Source: Bugula neritina
Lineage: Eukaryota; Animalia; Bryozoa
Length of the DNA: 64,000 nucleotides
Assembly: GCA_964035545.1 (NCBI GenBank)
Contig: OZ037766.1
Location: forward strand, 10,282,722 to 10,346,721
Direction: 5' to 3'
Numbering within the stretch: position 1 is the stretch's first letter; the number at the start of each line of letters is the position of its first letter. The translations under genes and the position numbers were made by a program. Below are positions 58,439 through 64,000 of this stretch, in pieces. The notes beneath the pieces were generated by a model. That model was given only the letters and a program-made list of their open reading frames with translations. It was not told the DNA's origin and searched no databases.

Positions 58439-61400
58439 TCAAAAATTTGTGCTAGAAAACATATTAGTTGTGGAGGAACCTGTTTGAGAAGTGGACTCCA
58501 TGTTGGTTGCAGATTGGTCAGTTTGCGTACTCCATAGAAGAGAGAGTGTTGTATTCTCAGTAGTATCTGGTGAGGTGGTTGTAGTGGATGACTTCCCTGT
58601 TGTAGACTCTTGTGTAGTGGGCCGTCTAGTAGTACCTCCTGCATCAAAAGTCACACTTACAAACTATCCTTGTGAGTGTAATGAAGATATGTACTAGCTT
58701 GTTTTGGATAGAATACTGAATATTTTCATATATAACATAAAAACCTTTCGGAATCCTAATTCTATAACAATTTGCCTTGATGACTCTTGTGGTTGATCTA
58801 GGTAAAGTCTGCTGCACTATATCTAGCTATAAAGCTTCCAAAAACTTTCAATCACAAAAAAACTCTCAAGTTTCTTTAAGAACTTTGTTTTTTTTTACTT
58901 TCCAAGCATGCATTAGAAATTATAAATGTTCATGTTGTTGAAAGAAGCTTAAAGTTTGAATGAATTCTGTAAATTATTATGTCAACCAGAAACTGAACGA
59001 AATTTGTATTGATTTGTACTGCATGAGGGCAAAGTTAAGAAGTCCGCCGGAACGCAGGGCCACATGATTGTACACATATTAAATTTTATTATAATAAAGT
59101 AATTTGTCACCAAACCTATGCTGTGCTAATCAGAATACATATAGCAGTTTTACTTATCTTAAGCATTAAAAAGGCCACTGAAAATGGGCAAAGGGCCTCA
59201 GGTGGCCCACTCCTGTTACACACCATTCCTTCATTAAGATTCCTCGAATTAATTTTATCTTTTTAAATAAGCTACTTGTAATCATATTTTGTTAGAAATG
59301 ATCTGCAAATAAGAATTGAAAACTCACCTGGGCAGTTGTACATAGCATTTAAAAGTTGAATATCTTCAGGAGCAAATGAGTCTACATTCCCAATTATATC
59401 TTGAACGCTTGAGTCCTTGGCCACAATGGTGTCTTTGCCATTCTTTGAGAACGCCTAGATCAAGATTATTGAAATTTATTTGCTTCAGGCATATCATAAT
59501 TTTATTGGTAGGCATTGATGATAACCAAATAGTACATTTATTATTATAAATTGTAGGAGCAGAATGCAAATTTGCAAATAAACAAGAGCTTATTACTTTG
59601 CCCAAAACCAAGCTAATAATGAGCACCGTGAGCAATTTGTGTTACAAAAAGCATTTAATGCAAAAATTTAGCAGTTGAGATGTGCTCTTATAAAATATGG
59701 TCTGGTGGTATTGGGTTCTAAAAAATTATTGCAAAACATGGCAACAATTTAGATACTGCTCAAAATTGGTGTCAATGAAATCTCTGCCAGCCATTTATGG
59801 GTAAAGAAAGTATTCGAATATTAGATACATTATTTCAAACTTGTACCAACTACAAAGATGCACTTATACTTTGTCTGAAATGGTAACAATTTTAAGAAAA
59901 TAGTTTCATAATGTTGGAAAGCTTGAAAAATTTTTCCTTTGGAAAAGTCAACTTTGTCTGATAAATTTCTGAAAAGTCTGATGAGTGCACATGAAGCAAT
60001 GTAGTTAGTTGCCATGCTTTCTTGCAGTTTACTATAAATTACAAGAATCACTCTATTTCTCAGAAACTGTTCTACATATTTAACTCAAATGCTTATACCA
60101 GAGTTGTATTGACCAATAAAACAATCATGACTTGACAAGATTTGGTTCCAAACAATACAATTATTAATTGCCAACAGTTGAATAGTTTACAATTCACAAC
60201 AAAGTGATTTATTATAACTTACTGTCCTTCCATAATGCATGACACTTCTATATTGGTAGGGTACACCATAGGGTAAACTGTTGGCTGCTTTATCAAAGTT
60301 GTGTGCTGACCTAGAATCAATGTTGTTTAAGTTGATAGTCACATACTTGTTTCTGTCGGGTCTGTTATGCTGATGGTGTACTCCGACAGCATGCATCAGC
60401 TCATGAATTATTGTAGATTTCTGTAATATAATGTTCATCTGAATGAGATCAAAATTGAAGTTTCAAACCATAATATGGTTATGACCAGCAATATGAATGA
60501 GTCATCTCAAAGCCAATAAATGAGTAAAAGATTGTTATTTGCAATTAAGAAATTACCCAATAAGAAAAACAGCAATATTTCTGTTTAGACAGCAACTAAT
60601 TTAGAAAGCTGTGTGAGCTTTGCTTTGCTAAGATTGAATATGTTTATTCTTATATCATATCAAGTAACATATTATTTAGTAATAATGCAAGAGCCACCAG
60701 TTAAAATTTGACATCTATAATTGTTTAATACTGTCTAAAACCCAAGTAATCAAATCTTTGAGTAAGATTGGTTGTTGATTTTCCAGATACTCAACTCTTC
60801 CATATAGAAAATAAATACGTATCTGATAAATTAATATTAGAAAAGCACACTATAAAAATTTACAGGAGTTTATAGTCGCTATCCTTTTGAGAATCCCTGA
60901 CGGAAAGGGTTTTTTAAAAGTGGGCTAAGGAATTTTTTCTAATGTAACACGGGAGCTTAATGCTCTTTCTAGCATCACCGCGGTGCACCACTAAACTCAT
61001 GTTAGCTAGGCCAGTATTCTAACCACTACACCATACGGCTGATACGTCAGAAAAACACACTATGTGGTAAGAATTTATTCAAATATAACTTACAGACAAG
61101 CAGCCTTCACTGAAAAGACTCAACTGTTGCTTTCCTCCATTCATTCCCAACAGTGACCAACAACCATCCAAGCTTTCAATGCTTAAATAGTTTTGTTCAG
61201 AAGATCGTTTTACAAAGTTTATACATGTCTTTTCTTTAAGATCTGTAATAGCTCTTTCAATCCTTTCCTTTTGTGCAGTTGCTAAACACAAAAGATATGC
61301 ACACTTCAACACTAACTCATGCAAGTTTATAGCCCCACCCGTCTAAGAAACCCCTGATAGAAGGGGTTTTTGGTAAATCAGGCTAAGGACTTATTCAGAT

Positions 61401-62391
61401 GGGGCACAGGAGCAATTATGACTGGATGCTCTTCCTAACATCACCAATGGCCTTTGTCAGGGCTTGAATCCATGACTTTGTGCTTACTAGGCAAATGCTC
61501 TAACCCTTAGACCACAGCTGCTCTCTACACTTCAACACTAACATCCATTATAAAGTACAAACTACACAACCAAAGAATCATCAAAATTGCTATTGTAACT
61601 AATCTAGGCTCAAAAATAGTGATCATATTTATACTATTGAAATATTATCTTTTACTGTTTATTTTACATACTGTATTGCCTGCTGATTACGTATGGAACT
61701 TTTGCATTGGTCCAGCGGTTTCCTCTTATAGCACTTCTCTTAAACCTGCCGTTATTCTTTACAGGTACAAGTATGTCTGCTTCAATAAGCTTATACTTTC
61801 TTCGATTTGTAGCTGTTCTAAGGTCTAAAAGTGACTGATTTCGTATAAATACAAGTAGTTGTTGAATTATATTAATAACAACAAAGCAAATTATAAGAAA
61901 CTTTTGTGGAATCACTGTTTACAGGACTAAATAAGCAACTAAATTAGGCAACAGCAAAACATGATTAAAGCATAAATTTATAATTTAACAGAAGATTCTG
62001 TGATGCAAATATTTTTATTTTCACCAGCATCATCCATATTTCTATTTCTAACATAATTATTATACATTCGAAATATTATATATGCATATATTGCCTGTCA
62101 CAACTTTATTGTGCCAATATTTTTTACTTTTCAAATTCTGTTAAAGTTTGAGGTTCCCTTATATTATATTCTATGTATAGTAAATTTAAACCGTGATAAG
62201 TTAATTATGGACGATAATTTTAAAATTTCCATTATATGTTAAAGCAGAGCATTTTTGTAAGAAATACAAATAATAATTTTCTGCTTTAATTACATACCAA
62301 GTGAATGTTTACGGTTTTCTATTTTAGCATTCTGTCTTGCTATTTTAATTCTTTCTTCTATTGTCGGTCTTGAATCCATATATGCAATGCT
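58439..62391 (-). CDS. Astacin-family (M12A) zinc metalloprotease with a Thr/Ser-rich tail; 5' exon(s) and signal peptide not resolved
   Basis: Exons (-): 62391-62313, 61824-61672 (EADI pro-motif, RFKR site, W..VPY), 61281-61094 (TCINF..GCWS..G..GG.QQLSL..GC), 60420-60223 (HELMHAVGVHH..RPDR, Met-turn SVMHY), 59454-59328 (AFSKNG..LNAMYNC), 58638-58439. Confidence 0.92.
60865..61041 (-). mobile_element. tRNA-derived SINE (degenerate copy 3) in an astacin intron
   Basis: Matches the reverse complement of copy 1 (agtttatagt, atccctga, aaagtgggctaagga, ctaacc..acggctg) with internal deletions. Confidence 0.75.
61317..61526 (-). mobile_element. tRNA-derived SINE (copy 2) in an astacin intron
   Basis: Colinear with copy 1 over its full length. 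A 16-bp TSD ACACTTCAACACTAAC lies at 61301-61316 and 61527-61542. Confidence 0.9.
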
Positions 62392-64000
62392 CTACAAAAT
62401 AAGAAAGTAGAAAATTCTTTTTGATATCTTTCTAAAAACTTTTGGATATCTAATTTATGTTAGTTGTAACAAATGAAAATTCACTGGGTGCACGCTAGGT
62501 TTTAGATAAAGGAATTAATATAGATTTTATTGGCAAGTGATCCTAATTAAAATAATTTGAAACTTTTAGGTAAGCTGTATTTTTATTAAAAATAATCAAT
62601 GTATAAATTTAAGCTAAAAGTAATTATTAGTTTAATGCTTTACCAAAGTCCATATCAACAAGCACAATGCTATGTTCATTTTTATTAAGTTGTGATAACC
62701 TAAACACCGAAGCTGCTGAAAAATAGAGACGTTTACTTGAAGTATGCCTCAATTCGTAAAGTTTTGCCATTTATATACCAGAAGTGTTTGTTTTGCTTCA
62801 ATGCTAAAAGATTAACAAGTTATTATGACTACATTGCTCAACAGATTATCTTTATGGGACTGCTATAACGAAGTCAATGGTCCATTAGCTTTAAATAACT
62901 TGCTCAGTCACATTTCTTTAGGATAAGTTCTGTCAATTAGTAACCAGAATTTTTCAAATTATGTTAAGAAACCATGTTGAGTAGTACAACTTTAAAGTTA
63001 TTGAAGTAGATTAGGGTAATACATATATGACTAAAGCCCACAAAGAAGCATTGCAAATACATTATTATTATTATTAAGCTAAAGTCTAGTTGTAGCAATA
63101 TAGCTAATTCCAATGTTGAAAAGACTAGTTTACATATTTAAAACACTTTGTTCTGATTTTAAAAAATGATTGTGATTGCAATCAATGGATTAAAGAAATG
63201 AGTATTGGTATTGGTTGTTTCACATTTTCAAATAATAGACTTAGTTCTACACAGCTGGAAATAGTCTTGAAAGTTCTGTATTCATTATTATTGCTGCTAC
63301 CGGTACTTTGCAATAGTCCCTTATTTGATACGATAAAAACAAACTACAGTAAACTTTTTAGAGACAATAATAATGGATGAGAATAATTTAGCTATAACAT
63401 GTTTATAAGAAAATATTATTATATTTTAAATGCATGAAAATTTTTACATTAAATGCATATTATATTTATAAACAGCAGTCTTCTTGAAATTTGGTTTGTT
63501 TACAGGATGCATGAGTTTTCTAATTTTTATCATACAAATATTTTTAATGCCATTATTTTGGGTATCTCTTGGTTTACCTCTCGCACTTAATAATATTTTC
63601 GTCTAAATTTTGTTCCAATTAATACTGCTGATTCATCTTAAATGATAAGCTAATGGAATTTTAATGCCCAAGTAAGATGACGTGCATGCATCAATTGTTA
63701 GCAATGAGTTGCACCCTCAAATCAATTACTGGCTTCTTAAGGGGTAAGTGCCATTGCTGGTGGGCAGATTTCTTGCGTCAGGCTAATAGGCAGACACATT
63801 ATATATCTATTTAATACTAACTATAAGAACTATATAGAAGATACTTGTCAGCACATTAAGGATGAAGTGATGCTGTTAATGCAATTACTGTGTTATTTTA
63901 CAGAGTACACATATTATTTCAAGTATTTATATTAAACATTTGCTTGCATATTATTAAGATACCATTAAAAGTGCACTATTCTCATCTATAGACCCGCTTT

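Overview
This is an AT-rich, intron-dense, CpG-depleted eukaryotic window, most likely from an invertebrate animal. I reconstructed six spliced protein genes by eye from GT-AG exons. They are a receptor guanylyl cyclase (+, 5' end outside the window) carrying an intronic tRNA-Glu(TTC), a MKK3/6-type MAP2K (-), tweety/TTYH (+), the apyrase CANT1 (-), U2AF65/U2AF2 (+) and an astacin metalloprotease (-). An intact CR1-group LINE (PHD-finger ORF1 and EN-RT ORF2) lies upstream of CANT1. Three MITE families and a tRNA-derived SINE family are also present. Two observations stand out. (1) The LINE's putative 5' UTR and 3' UTR, 4.1 kb apart, are complementary. The 5' arm straddles the donor of a predicted 91-nt 5'-UTR intron, and the 3' UTR carries an exact U1-5'-end-like 9-mer. 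This suggests a 5'-3' RNA circularisation and splicing switch that would favour unspliced full-length RNA. (2) Both head-to-head gene pairs (MKK/tweety and CANT1/U2AF2) have a short CpG-retaining island flanked by kilobases of degenerate 6-bp-periodic sequence, (G/C)ATA(C/G)T and variants, which I did not see elsewhere in the window. In the first island, two oppositely oriented splice donors sit back-to-back in a palindrome. All exon coordinates and functional interpretations are manual and have not been checked against transcripts.
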